Positions 23,926-36,750 of a stretch of DNA of 64,000 nucleotides are shown one piece after another. Position 1 is the stretch's first letter. Each line of letters opens with the position of its first letter. The notes under the pieces are model-generated. The model was not told the origin of the DNA. It saw only the letters and a program-made list of their open reading frames with translations, and searched no databases. A program made the position numbers and the translations under genes. Source of the stretch: the human T2T-CHM13v2.0 reference genome, Homo sapiens; assembly GCF_009914755.1 (NCBI RefSeq), contig NC_060947.1. One strand, 5' to 3'.

Positions 23926-26259
23926 TCATTTCCCCCTGGGAGAGGGCTTGCTCTTTGGCTTCTCTTAGGCCATGCTCTCTAAGTCCATGCTGGCCTCTGC
24001 CTGACAGCTCTCTCTAGGATCCTGGTCTTTGGGCTTTCTTAGTAAGAGACCCAGTTGAAAACCTCCTGGGAAGCAGGGCTGGTGAGGTCCAATGCATCAC
24101 AATGATGCCACCCAAAGCTGACCCCCAGGAGAGAAACCCCCAGGGCCTCTTGGGAGACATGGCTGAGAATATGGCATCTGATGGGGTGACATAGACAGTC
24201 TGAGCTGAAGGAACCCTGGGAGCCACACAGTCCAGCCTCTCTCACTGCACAAATGGGGAGGTTGAGGCCCATGCATAGGGAGTGAGTCCAGATCACCTCA
24301 AGACACAGCTCTTAGGGGAGCAGGACAACATTTGAAGAAGAAAATTGTCAGGGACTAGTTTGTTTTGTATAAAGAACATGAAAAGTCTATGTAAGTAAAT
24401 CCACCTCGCTCACTGCCACTAAGCCATTCATTTTCCATCTCTGGACAAGGCACTTGGAGAAAAGCCTGGGGCTAGTCCCTGTGCCCAGGTCCTTCTCATC
24501 TCTGGGGATGACTGAGGGTAGGGTCAGACTGTCTTCTAGGTTTCATGGTCTGCGGCCCTGGGCTTGCCTGCTCCTTTCCCCGCCAGGGGCGGTGTGGGGG
24601 CAATACCAGCCCAAGTGGGCAGTGCAGCTGGTGGGAAAGAGCATTTGCTACCAAGACATGAAGGGGCAGTTCGGAGGGGGGGGGGGGCGCGGCAGGGATT
24701 ATGGGGCAAAAATGATCAAAAAAGAGACAGAGAGAGACAGAGACAGAGAAGAGGAGGCAGAAGGTGTGAGAAGGCTGGGCCTGGGGCCTGGAGGGAGTTA
24801 TCAAAGGACAGCGACTGCCTTGGCAGGTCATAGCAGCACCAGTTTCACTCAAGTAGGGCTTGCTGTTTACACACGTGATCTAATTTTGCTTCTCACCACA
24901 GGCCTGTGACATTGGTGAGGCTGAGATTACTGTTGCCCATTTGCCAGAAGGGTAAACCAAGGCCCAGGAAAGCAAAACCACTTTAAACTCTGGGGCAGTG
25001 AATGAGCTGCTGACCCAAGCCCTTGAGCAAGCCTCAGGTGGCCTTTGCCACTTTGCCCTCAGTCCTGCTCTGGGAGGCAGTGGCATGTGGGTTCCACTGA
25101 AGAATTCTCCAGTGAAGTACAGTCAAAGTAGAGGAGCAGGAGCCAGATTCGCTGGAGGGCATTTAGAGGGAGAGAGAAAATGATTTAGGCAGAAGAGGCA
25201 TTGGCTGCGAGAGGAAGATGAAAGGATCCAACAGACAGGGCTTGGCTCAGGGATGAGTCAGGCCTCCCGAGATAGTAATCTACAAATATCTCTGAGGTGT
25301 AAACAGCCAAGTAGGCTTCAAGGAAGAGAAGGAGGAGCAGGAAGGCAGCAGGAGCTGGAAGGGGAGGGGAGGGGTGGGAAGTAGAATGCCTTGGCCAGTC
25401 AGTGCAGGGACACCCACCTTGGGAGCTGCGCTGGGAGAGTTAGGCTGAGCCAGGGAGCAGGGCCCTGGAGGACGGCCCTGATGAGCTACAGAAGACCTCA
25501 GTGGGTGCCCCATCCTGCAAGGGTGCTGACCTCCCACCCTAGGCCCTCCCATGGAGTGGGCAGGCCACTTCCCATTTTCTGCCCCACTCCCTGGAGTGGG
25601 GCTTAGTGCCAACTTGGGTCTCTTCCATCTCTAATAGGACTGACTCTATGAGCACACGCTGCATATTCCCAGCTCTGGGCCTGATTGTCCATCCACACAT
25701 ACTGCCTCAGGGTTGCTTGGCAGCCCAGGGCTGGGAGCAGGAGCCCCCTTCCTAAGCCCATCCCCTCCTTCCTCCCAGGGGCCCCAGGTGCCGGGAGATC
25801 TGGCTTGTCTGAGCAAGGCTTAGCCCCCTTGCATCAGCTCAGAGAAGAGGCCACACAGAGATGCCACCCACGGAGGGGCAGGGGCCAGAGCCTCAGCCTC
25901 ACACTCACACACTTTTCTATGCTCTGCCCAATGTCCTGGTGAGAGGGCCTGGGGTGCTGGTCCTGCTTTAAGCAAAGAGGGAAACAATGTTCCTGGGTTT
26001 GAGATGAAATGTTGCCTATAGAAGGCAGAGGAAAAGAGACAGAAGCCATTTTTCTTGAGGGGTTGGAAATATTGTTCCACCCCACCAACAATCCACGTTT
26101 ACACGAAGCTCACACACACATAGCCACACACATGCACATATGCATGCAGGCATCTCTTCTGCACTCTCTGCCGCGGTAAAACGGAAGGGCCTGGACAGGG
26201 GCTCAGAGGAGACCAGAAAGGCCCAGTATAATTCTTGTGTAGTGGCTTTCCGCCTAGCT

Positions 26260-26400
26260 CACTGGTGCCTCGCCTCAGCTCTGAAAGGTAGAGCTCATAA
26301 TGTCCATTTCACAGACAAGGAGACTGAGGCTTAAAATGATGAGACTTATGCTCTCGCAGCTAGAAAGTAATAAAACGTGGGGCATCAGACTCGGGTGTGT
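26260..26400 (-). mobile_element. MIR fragment
   Basis: ccatttcacagacaaggagactgaggctt. Confidence 0.7.
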
Positions 26401-27039
26401 GTGCCTCTGCCCATGGGCTTGGCCTCCTCCTGCGGGGGCGGTGTGATGGGGACCCTGCAGCTCCCTCTCTTCCGGTCCACCTTGATATTGCAAACCTAGC
26501 CCCTTGGGAAGTTATCCTCTGGGTGTCCTCTAAAGCTCCACTTTCTGGGGAAATGAAAGCCTGGCCAGGTCCACTAGCAAGAGGGAGGTGGCCCAGTTTC
26601 TGCTGTTCCACCAGGTAAGATGAACCCCTGGCTGCTCCTCTTTGACTTCCTGCCAGGAAGAGGGGTGGGAGGATCTGGGAAGCTCCTTCAGAGCAGGCGT
26701 GCTACGCCTTCCCATTTGCAGCCCAGGATCTGCACACTGGAGGCACCCTCGCAGAGCCCACAATGGATGCCAAGTGGCAGTGAGGCCCTGAGGAAGAAAC
26801 AAAAGGATGTGGGGCAGGCATAGTGAGAAGGATAACTCCTGTGTGTGCAGCATGTGTCAGTCTTCAAAGTGCTTCCAGAGGCATGCCATGGAGACCTAGC
26901 CCCTATGAATGAGGGAGGGAGGAAAGGATGACCATCTCTATTTTCCACATGAGAAAAATGAGGACAAGAGAGTAGAAAGGGCTTGTTCAAGGTCCCATAG
27001 CTAGACTGTGGACCAGTGCTTTGAGTTGCTGTTGTTGAT

Positions 27040-27611
27040 TTTTCATTGCAACTCATGGTTACAAAACCAACAATAACAATATTTATGTGTGTGTATAAAA
27101 TCATTTTTTACATCAAGACTCAGTACACATTTATGTAAAAATATATAAGTGTACATAAAATGGAAACAAAAGCTTCGTGAAACTACTTATCCTTACCGTA
27201 TGGGATGTACTCATTTTATTTTTATTTTTTAGAGACAAGACTCTCACTCTGTCGCCCAGGCTAGAGTGCAGTGGTGTGATCATGGCTTGCACTCCTGGGC
27301 TCAAGCAATCTTCCTGCCTCAGCCTCCTGAGTAGCTAGGACTACAGGTGTGCACCATCACACTTAGCTAAGTTTTTAAAAATTTTTTGTAGAGACAGGGT
27401 CTTGCTATGTTGTCCAGGCTGGTCTCAAACTCCTAGCGTCAAGTGATCTTCACACCTCAGCCTCCCAAAGTCCTGTGATTACAGGTATGAGCCACTGCAC
27501 CTGGCCTGCGTGGGATGTACTCTATTCCATTTTTTAAAATCCTGATCAAGACTCACAGAATTGATTGTATGACTTGCTAATGAGTTGCAACACGCAGTTT
27601 GAAAAAGACTG
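27040..27611. mobile_element. hAT-Charlie MITE (Charlie4-like) split by an Alu
   Basis: gaaacaaaagcttcgtgaaactacttatccttac...; right end ctaatgagttgcaacacgcagtttgaaaaagactg is a Charlie-type terminus. Confidence 0.65.
27213..27506 (-). mobile_element. Alu SINE (AluJ-like) with TSD
   Basis: TSD core tgggatgtactc at 27201-27212 and 27511-27522. Confidence 0.96.
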
Positions 27612-28906
27612 CTCTGGGGGCTACAGGCCACAGCCTTAGTTCTCCTGCCTCCAGAGAGAGAGGGCTGTTTGCGTCATGCTGTCCTGCCTCATTTTGAAAA
27701 AGAGGGGATGGGACCAGCTTAGTCAAGTGAGGAGATGGAATGGCCATGGTGGCAGAGGATTGGACTGGGGTGCTGTGGTTCATTGGGCCAGAGGAGGCCT
27801 CTTGGTGAGGGCTTCCTGCTCCTCTGAGACAAGCACGGAGCACAGGTAAAAGCCATAGAGATCTCAAAATGCTGGCCCCTGAAGGAACATAGAACCAGGA
27901 TGCTAATACTGGGGCCTGATGGGGTGAAGCCTGTGACAGAAGGAAAAGGATCTGACAGAGGGGAAAGGGAATCATCCTGTGAAAGGTACAGACACCCCTG
28001 CACATGGACTCACACATTCACTCACACACATGTGCACATACATGCACATATGCACACACACCTTCCTTTGCAGCCTCCTCCCTCCCATCCTCAAAATTCC
28101 AGTTCATCCCCTCCCTCCTGCATACACAGACACACACGCATGCCCTCCCATACCCTCACACCACATACACAGGTTGCTGTGGGTGTCAGGCCTCTGGTGC
28201 TAGAAGGGGAACGGCTGCCCCTCCTTGGTGGCCCTTGGTGACCATCGGCCTCTCAGAGAGCAGAGGGTGGGGGAGGCCGGTGGCTTTTCTGGGCCCAATT
28301 CTGGCCCACAAGAAGGACCTAGCTGGGGAGACAGAGGTTCTGGGTACCCTAAGAGGAGTGAGAAGGTCTGCTCAGGGCTGTTTCTCATCAAGAGGGCATG
28401 GACCCTGGGCACCTGGAACTCAGGGTTCAGAGAAGCCAGGGAAAAGAACAGGAGTGGAGGATGAGAGAAGATTATCTCATAGCGCAACACCCTCAAAAAG
28501 AAGATGGCTCAAAAGCTCAAGAGGCATAGGAGCACCTAGACATTGGACTTGAATGGTAGAACTGCCTATAGTCTGACAAAATGGGGCAGTTATTGGAAGT
28601 AAGAAGCACAACAGAAGGATTTTCCAAAGGAACTCAGAAATGGCAAGATTACACACCAAGGCTGCAAGGTAGGGCAGAGAACCAAGCCATGGTAGAATGG
28701 GGTAACATAGGACTAAAGTCAGAAGCAGTGAGGGCAGCAAACAGTGTCAGGCAGCAAGAAGACTGACAGGAAGTCCACAACCTAGTTCTTCTACCTTCTG
28801 GCTTCTCTATCCCAGAAAGAGTTGTATATTGAGAAGGAAAAGCAAACACCAACAAGAGGGCATTGAAGCTCAAAAAGGGCTGAGAAACAGAGACCTGAAT
28901 GACTTA

Positions 28907-29155
28907 TTAGTTAAGAATATGTGTCTTAGAGTCAGACAGCCCTGGCTCAAAGGCCTGACTGCCACATCCTAGTCATGTGACCCTAGGCAAGTCATTTAAC
29001 GTTGCTGAGCCTCAGTTTCCCCATGTGTAAAATAAAAACGATCATGCTACCTACTTCACAGGGGGCATGGTGATTCCATGATAATGTGTGTAAATTGCTT
29101 GATACAATTTCTGGCACATAGTAAATATTTAATAAATAGCAGCTATTATGATTAC
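28907..29155 (+). mobile_element. Near full-length MIR inside L3
   Basis: gttaagaat...gagcctcagtttccccatgtgtaaaat...ggcacatagtaaatatttaataaatagcagctattat. Confidence 0.9.
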
Positions 29156-29189
29156 TCCTCATTTTTCATGCTACAGACCTCAAGCAAGA

Positions 29190-29545
29190 TCCCCCACCTC
29201 CATGCCTTCACTTGGGCTCTTCCACCCAACTAGAAAATCTTTCACCCCATTGCCACATATGCAAATCTTGCTCATGCCTTAAGGCCCAGCTCAACTGTTA
29301 ACCTCCTCCACAAAGCCTTCCCTTATCACCTCCCAGCTGCCTCTCAGCTCTTTCTCCTCTAAACCTCTTAACACTGTATCTGTCCCTCTTTTCTGGCACT
29401 TGCCACCTTCTGTCTCTTATTAAAACTATTTGTTGGCATGGCTTACCTCTCCTACTAGACAGATGGGCAGCTTGCTGAGTAGAGGAATCACATCTTGCTC
29501 AGCCCTGGTTCGCCACTGTTTCCAGCCCAGTGATGTTGAATGCTC
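29190..29545 (+). mobile_element. L2 3' fragment inside L3
   Basis: aaggcccagctcaactgttaacctcctccacaaagccttccct...cctactagac. Confidence 0.75.
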
Positions 29546-30659
29546 TTGTTATCATTGTAAATGACTTCGTCTCCAAGTCCGGGTACCAACAGCAATTGCA
29601 GATACAAGGTTAGAACTATCATTATCCTTCTAAGAACACATGGAGACTGGGAGGTTTACAAGTATAGCAACAATTCTCCAAAATAGGGAAATGTAGACTT
29701 TGGCAATATCAAGCCGCTTTGCTCAGTCTAGAACTTTAACAAAATTCTCAAAAGAAGTACTAAGTTGCTGGTTGTCAGGAAACCTCTGAATGAAGCTGGG
29801 AACATAAGGAAGCAGTGCATTCACTAAGAACATGTCCGGGCCAGTTAGGCCTCATTTGATATTGTGACTATGTTGGTCTCGAGTTCAGCAAAGCTTCTGA
29901 CAAGGACCCCCACGCTGTCCTGGTGAATGAGATAGAGAACTGTGGGCTGGAGAAGGCCAGGCAAGGTGAGTTAGTAGCTGAATAGTTGAACTTAAGGTGT
30001 CTTGACTGATGTCAACCTGGAAGCAGTTATTTAGCAGCTGCCACAGGGCCCTGGGCCTTGATCCCATCCTGCACACCAAGGTTATCAGTGATTCGGAGGA
30101 GGACACAGAAGGCCTGGTCACCACCAGATCTCTGAAGACCAAGAGCTGCAGGGAACAGCTAATATGTTGATTGAAAAAAAAATGTTTTTTTAATTCTTGA
30201 CCAGCTGGAAGCAGGGGCCAAAACCAGTCAGATAAAATTGAACAGGGGTAGATGTAACGTCCTGCTTTGAGATTCAAAGCCCAACTGCACAAATACGGGC
30301 TAGGGAGACAGACCTTAACAGCCACATGTGTGAAAAAGACCAAGGGCTTTGAGCTGACCACAAGCTTCACAAAAGCCAACAGTGTGACGTGGTGGCTAAA
30401 AAAGCTAATGAAATCTCAGTCTGTATGAATAGAAATACAGTTTTCAGATACAGAGAGGTAATAGCTCTACTGTACTCCTGCCTGTCCAGACCATCTGGAA
30501 TATGGCGCCTGATTGTAGGCCCACATTTGCCAAGGCACATTGATAAACAGCCAGGGAAGGTCACGCAGGCTGGGGAACGGCCACATGTGAGAAGTGGTAG
30601 GAGAAACAGCGGCCATTTCCCCTATCCAAGGGTACTCATGAGCCTTGGCCTAAAATAGC

Positions 30660-30890
30660 AATGTTCTGCAGAGACCACTCACGCTGAGCACTTACTCTGT
30701 GTTAGTCACCATGGGAGAAGGCTTTACCGACATGGAACCCCCAACAGCGGCCCTAAGGGGAGGCATTCTCACTCTCATTTGACTCAGGAGGTGTGGAGTA
30801 ACTTGCACAAGGTCACACATCTAGAAAGTCCCACAGCCAGCAGCACACAAGCCAGATCTGCTTAGTTCCAAAGACTGTACTTTTGTCCAA
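30660..30890 (-). mobile_element. MIR inside L3
   Basis: tgagcacttactctgtg...aacttgcacaaggtcacacatctagaaag. Confidence 0.75.
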
Positions 30891-31019
30891 ATAGCTGAAG
30901 ACCCACATGGGGCAGAGAAAATAAGGGTGGTCTGAGAAGGCATATCTGGGATCTGTGGGTGAAAACCACTGGAAAGTATGATTTCAGCTCAATACATAGA
31001 TGGTGTTTGTGGGGTTTTG

Positions 31020-31235
31020 CTTGGTTTTGTTCTGTTTTGCTTTCACTTTTTATTATGGAAAATTTCAGATATATGTAAAAGTAGACAGAATAGTTTCATG
31101 AACCCCCATGTATGTACCCATCACCCAGTTTCAACAATTACCAACTCATGGCCAGTGTTGTTCTATCCCCACCCCAACCTACTCCTCATCCAAGGATTAT
31201 TTTTGAGCCTATTCCAGACATCCTACCAGCATGTA
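31020..31235 (-). mobile_element. Ancient L1M (L1MC/ME-like) 3' end
   Basis: ttattatggaaaatttcagatatat...aacccccatgta...cccatcacccagtttcaacaatt. Confidence 0.8.
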
Positions 31236-31584
31236 TACAGAGGATGATTTTAACAGTCAGCCCTGTCCTGAGCTAGAACTGGTGTCCAGGAGAATGAGGA
31301 AAGGAGCTCATTGGCACTGGAAGGCTATGAGTATCCCTGAGGCCATTCTCCATTATGACCAGTCCCTCTCCTTTCCAACATAACTGAATTGATGGGGTGC
31401 AGGTCAAGGAGCAGAGAGGGTGGTGCTGCCATCTGAGCAGTGAAGACTACTAAAGTGCCTTGGGATTGCAAGGTTTTTCCTCAGCTAGAGAGCCCCCTAC
31501 TCCCCCTAGTCTGCAACTGGCACTGTCCTATCCCCGGTACCCAAGGTTTGCTCAGAAAGAAAGAGGCACATATCTCCCTACCGC

Positions 31585-31586
<2 letters not shown>

Positions 31587-31620
<34 letters not shown>
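31587..31620. repeat. (CA)n microsatellite
   Basis: Direct reading. Confidence 0.95.
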
Positions 31621-31622
<2 letters not shown>

Positions 31623-32229
31623 AAACACATTCACATACTCACACACCCTATTAGAGTCTTTGGAAGGCATGTCCTAGGCCGCCTCTCACACCTTGCCCTG
31701 GAGCCCGGGATGAGTCACCTCCTCACCATGGACATGCAGGCACAGGTCTTCATGAGAGCCGTGGGAGCAAGCAAACTTCAAGGCTTCAGGGGCCGCCAAC
31801 CCCCAGGCCTGAGCTACACTTCTAGCAGGTGGTTTCTCTCAGCACTGCCCACCACCCCCAAGTGCCCTTTAAGTGTACCCCTTCTTTATCAGTCCCTTCC
31901 CTGGCCTTCAGCAGGGCCTCCAGCCCTAGTAGGGGACAGTTGGAGGCAGAGGTGTGGTGGGTGCAGTACCCACATCAACTAGGGTAACAGCATGTGACCC
32001 ATTTAAGGCCCAATATGCCCTTGACCTTGGCAGGGTTCTGGCCTTTGACCTGAACATATGGTCACAAACAGTCAATAGCTCCACAGGTATACACACTGGT
32101 TTTGGTGGCTCCCAAATGCCTGTGTCTGTGTTAGTTTATCAGCCTTTAACTAGAATGCCGGGATTGGCCTCCCGCTGTTCTCTCCAGAGACCAATGGCAA
32201 TTGGGCCTTTAAATAAGTAAATATATTCC

Positions 32230-32415
32230 AGCGAAGGTGGTGGAGGAAATAGATAACAACAGTGAGTGGAAATTATGACTGGAAATATTGGTAGTTGTTG
32301 TTGATAACAGTAATAGGACAAATAGTTAAAGTTGTTGCTGATGGTGACGATGATGGATTTTGTTAAGCTGGTGATAATGGTAGTGGAAGCAGCAGTGGTG
32401 ACAATGAAGGTAGTC
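32230..32415. repeat. Degenerate trinucleotide (TGA/TGG/TAA) low-complexity tract
   Basis: ggtagttgttgttgataacagtaatag...gatggtgacgatgatgg. Confidence 0.65.
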
Positions 32416-32575
32416 ACTTACCAACTTTGTGCTCTTGTGAAAGTCTTTGCACTTCCCTGCACCTAGTTTTCTCATCTGGAAAATGGGCTAAACATTCGTA
32501 CTTTGCAGAGGATTGTATGACATATTTCTACACTGGGCCTGTCACAATTCCCAGCACATGGTGGGCATTCCATGA
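32415..32575 (+). mobile_element. MIR fragment
   Basis: cctagttttctcatctggaaaatggg. Confidence 0.7.
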
Positions 32576-33929
32576 CGAGTAGTAGGTCCTTTTCCTACCT
32601 TTGAATCTCACCGAGACAGTATGGTCTTCCCTAACACCTTATCCACGTAGTGCACCCGAACACCCCAGAGAGGGAGACTAGGTGGCCAAGAGGCTAATCT
32701 TGCTACCACTTGACCCAATTCACCGGGAAACCTCCAGGTTAAGCTCTGGTCCATAAGGAGATCTCCCAGAATGCCAAAGGGTGATGATCATCTCTTTGTG
32801 GCCAGGAGAGGAAAATGGCCCTTCCCCACTGCCTTGGGTAGATGTGGCAGGATTGACCAAGAAGAGGACACTGTGTGGCTTCTCCGTGCTCTGTAGTCTT
32901 CTAACAAGCCCCTCCATGTGGCACAGACAACATGCTGTCTGGAGACATCTCCTGCATTGTTATTAAGTCCCTTGTATTATTTGACTTGGCGTGCATATCT
33001 ATGTGTGTGTCTGGGTGTGTGCAGTCTCTTCAACTAGACTGCAAGGCCCCCAAGACCTGGGGGTACCCCTTCATCCATTCTGTTCACTCTTCTCACAAGG
33101 GCGGCCACCTGGAAAGTTTCAGGCCAACCTAGTTCTTGCTTCTGTGGCTGGGCAGCTGTTAAGGGTCCTTCCAAAAAGGGTGAAGATTCCAAATCTTTCC
33201 TAAGCTCTAGGTCTCTGGGCTGAGGGGCCTTCCTGGCCCTTCAGAGACTGTCTTCCAGGCTCTGTCTTCCTCTAGGAAAATCTGTACAGGCCTCTGAACC
33301 GAGATTTCTCGGGTGTATCTCTGTGCCACTGTCTCTGTGAGTGAATGTCTTCCAGTCTCTGGGAAATGAGGGCGGAGCCAATGCAAACATTGCCGCTGAA
33401 TAGAATCTTTGTGGCCTAATGATTTTGGAAAACGATTTCCACGGCGGGCTTATTATTCTGAGGATGGGAACCAGCTGTTTCCCCTTTCCCTGACAGCAGG
33501 ATAAGAAGGAGCAGATGAAAACTCCAGTTGAAGAGACTGAGGTTTCTGACCTAGAGGGCTCAGTGACGCAGGGATCAGAGGCCCTAGATTTGGGTGTGCA
33601 GCATTCTCTCTAGAAAGCTCTAAGATCAGGTCACCTTCCATTCCAGCTGAATCTGGGCAAAGCATTCTTCTCTTTGGAATCAAGGCGTGGACACGATGGC
33701 CCCAGGAGGCTCAGGGAGCAAGAAGGCAACAGCATAAGCGGTACTGGGCAAGACTTTGGCAAGACCTGAATAGGAAGCAGGAAGTAAGAGGGCCTTGTGA
33801 AGCCCTGGGATAGAAATTTGGGACTCTGAACTGGGAGCTCCACTAAGAGACTGTGGATGGCCAAAGGAGAATGGCCCCATTCCTCACTGCAGACCAACTA
33901 TAGATCAGGATGTGCCCCTGGTGCTTCTG

Positions 33930-34125
33930 AATCTATCGACCTCATTCACCCCTCAAGGCCAGCCTTTGAAGCAAAGGGATTATTGTGCTCATTTTACTGA
34001 TTAGGAACCAACCTGAGGCTCATTCAGAAAGGTGAAGTGATTTGTCCAAAGTCACACACAGACAGCAATGACAGGGCCAGGATTTGAGCCTAGGTCTCGC
34101 TCCTAAGTCAGTGCTCTTTCCACTG
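33930..34125 (-). mobile_element. MIR fragment
   Basis: ggtgaagtgatttgtccaaagtcacaca...ggatttgagcctaggtct. Confidence 0.8.
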
Positions 34126-35329
34126 TTCCAGAAGCCTTAGTTTCCAAGGAGAGCAGTGACAAGTTGGGCCACTGCTGCTGGTGGACAGGGAAGTGGGGAA
34201 GAGTGTGGCACTGACTTACTGGCACTTGTCAGGAGCAAGGCTGCTGCATCAGGCCAGGCCAGCATGGATGAGGTTCCTCATGACCCAAGCAACCTTGACC
34301 CTTGATGTCCCAGGGTACCAGGGCTGGCTGAGGGCAGTGTCTATGCTAGAGCCCTTTCTGACTCCAAAAAGAATAGGTGTAAGGGCCCTAGGCTCAGCAG
34401 TTACTGAAAATGGATTTGGTCTCATTCAAGGCATAGCTCCACCAGGGCATCCAGGGTTCTCTGCCAGTGCCAAGATAGTGCCCCTTGAGATACAAGGAGG
34501 CTAGTCCCACTCTCACAGAGCTATTGAGAGGCTGAAACAAGAGAACATATGTGCTTGTGCCCAGAGATGGTGCCATGCACCTGGGTGCTCCATGAGTGTT
34601 AGAATCCACATGGCTGAATGAAGGACAAAATAGTGAGGAGATCTGAACCCATGTCAGGGAGGCAGGGGGAGCTAGAAATCCATGGGGCCTGTGGCTGGCA
34701 TACTCCAGAGCCCACTGCTTCCTCAAGGGGGCCTCTGCTTCCTTCCACAAGCCACAAGCAATGGGTTCAGCTCTCTTTCTGCTTCTCAGCTGCCCCACCT
34801 GCTCCGCCCCACCTGCTAAGCCCCTGCCCACTGGGGAAAAGGAAAACGTTCCCAGCAACTCTCCTCCCTCCTGTCTTTGCAACAAATCCACAGCCTTTTG
34901 TGTTTTAACTTTACGGTTACTCAGGACAGAGAAACAAGTAAAGAGTGGGGGGTGTCACCAGAATAACAACCAAGAGGAAGCCTCAAAGGGTCAAGAGAGT
35001 ATAGTTCCAGTTGCTTTTGGCATTCATTGAAATGGAAATGGGGCTGGGGCAGCCGTTCTCATAGGCCTTTCCCAGACTCCTTTTCTTCCATGGTCCATGG
35101 ACGTCGCTTGTTAACTTCATTCTCTGTTTTATGCCTGAGCTTGGGGCTCCTGTGTGCCCTAGCAAGGTGCCCTCATGATCAGCTCCCACCCCCATCGCTC
35201 CTCACCATCAATAGAGTCTGGGGGTAGCACAGACTGTCTTAGGGCAAAATAATAAGCATCGTGATTAACACCATTCAAGCTCAAGCAGACTCAAGTGTGT
35301 CATTTACATGGACCCTCGAATGCTTCTGC

Positions 35330-35890
35330 CGAGAGGGAGCTTAGAGATCATCTAGGTCATCCCCTCCCCCGTTCCTACCCTTTTGGGGAACAAAGAAGGA
35401 AACTGAGCCCCAGAGAAGGGGAGTCCTCAAGGTTCTACAGTGAGTAAGAGACTGAGCCAGAAGCAGAGGCCATGGTTCCTGATGGCTCAAAGGGCTTCAG
35501 CCATGCTTTTTGTTTCCAACCCTGAGGGCCTGCGGCTTGGGCCTCTGAGAATGAGCCTTAGAGGGTGCATCAGAACCAACTTTGGCCTGCTTTACACAGG
35601 GTGGGGTCAGAGGAGCTTTTCCCCTAGCTAAGGGTGACTTAGGCTGTCCTCTGAGGGGCAAAGGAAGGATATTCCCATCTGCTGCTGGCCTGCTATGAGT
35701 AAAATACCCCCACATTGGTCAGTTTTTTCCATCCTCATAGCAATCCTACCTAGGAAGAAGGCAGCATGATTATCCTTACTTTGCAGGTGAGGAAACTAAG
35801 TGTCAGAAATGTGAAGAGACTTGGCAAAGGTCACCTAGTTTAGAAAGTGCTGTTCTGGCATTGGAACCTGTGTCCTATGACCTCCATCCT
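35330..35890 (-). mobile_element. Two MIR-family fragments (35330-35500, 35710-35890)
   Basis: cttagagatcatctag...gaaactgagccccagagaagg; ttgcaggtgaggaaactaag...ggcaaaggtcac. Confidence 0.75.
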
Positions 35891-36099
35891 CCTGCCTCAG
35901 AGGGCTCCTCAGAGCTCGTCTCAGCCAGGCCCCAGCCCGGCCCATGCTCCCTTCCCCTTCCACCTCCAACCCACCTCCAATTCACCTAGCTTGACCCCGA
36001 TAGGAATGGCCAGGTGGGGGATCCACAGCTCAGTGCTCCTGGGAACACACAGGCTCTGACTCAGCCACTTCTAAGGACTCAGAGGACTTAGGAGGCAGC

Positions 36100-36750
36100 T
36101 CTCAGCACACTGTGGAACAGACAGGTGTCAGTGACAGGCACTGTGTGCAAGTCTTGTCTAGGTATGGTTCTGTGTATATGCACATGCGTGCATGCAGGAT
36201 GACTGGGTGTCTGAGTCGATTTGCAATTGTGCAGGAGACCCTAGGTCTGTACATGTGTCTGACTCCAAGCACTTGAGGCTCTGTTTGCCTGGGTGGAAAC
36301 AGATGTCTGGACGTGTGTGCCATTGTATACATGTATCTATCCACATGTACCACTGTGTCTATGGACGTGTATTTCTCCATGTAAATCTGTAACTACAACT
36401 GTGTGTGTGCAGGATTGTAAGCACGTGAGATAATCTTTCCAGTGTCCGGGTGTGGCTGGGTGTGGACACAGGTGCCTATACCAGTATCTGTGCCTGTTGA
36501 CTGTTGACTCAGATTCGTGTGGGTGCCCAGGTGTGTATAATATCATGTGTGTAATTTATACGAGTCACTGTGCCTGCAGGAGTGTGATCATCAGGGTCTT
36601 TGTGCATCTGGGAGAGCATCTCCACCACATGTGCCTGGGTCTAGGGGTATCTGTAATGGCATATATATGTAGAGCACACACTTGAGTATGTCTGCACGTG
36701 CATCTGTCTGTGTACACCTGAGTCTCTGAGGGAGCCTGGTACACACAGAC
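36100..36750. repeat. Degenerate (TG)-rich low-complexity region
   Basis: Recurrent gtgtgt/tgtatg/gtgtct units over ~650 bp. Confidence 0.6.

Larger units (their letters stand above)
28400..31340 (+). mobile_element. L3/CR1 LINE relic, interrupted by MIR, L2, MIR and L1M
   Basis: EFSKASDK (29881; cf. DFSKAFDK); VAKKANEISVCMNR...REVIALLYSCLSRP (30389; CR1 ORF2 C-terminal); 3' gatttcagctcaata...aacagtcag. Confidence 0.85.

Noticed and set aside
29885-30658. 164 aa and 89 aa ORFs
   Set aside because: Antisense and sense fragments of the dead L3/CR1 ORF2
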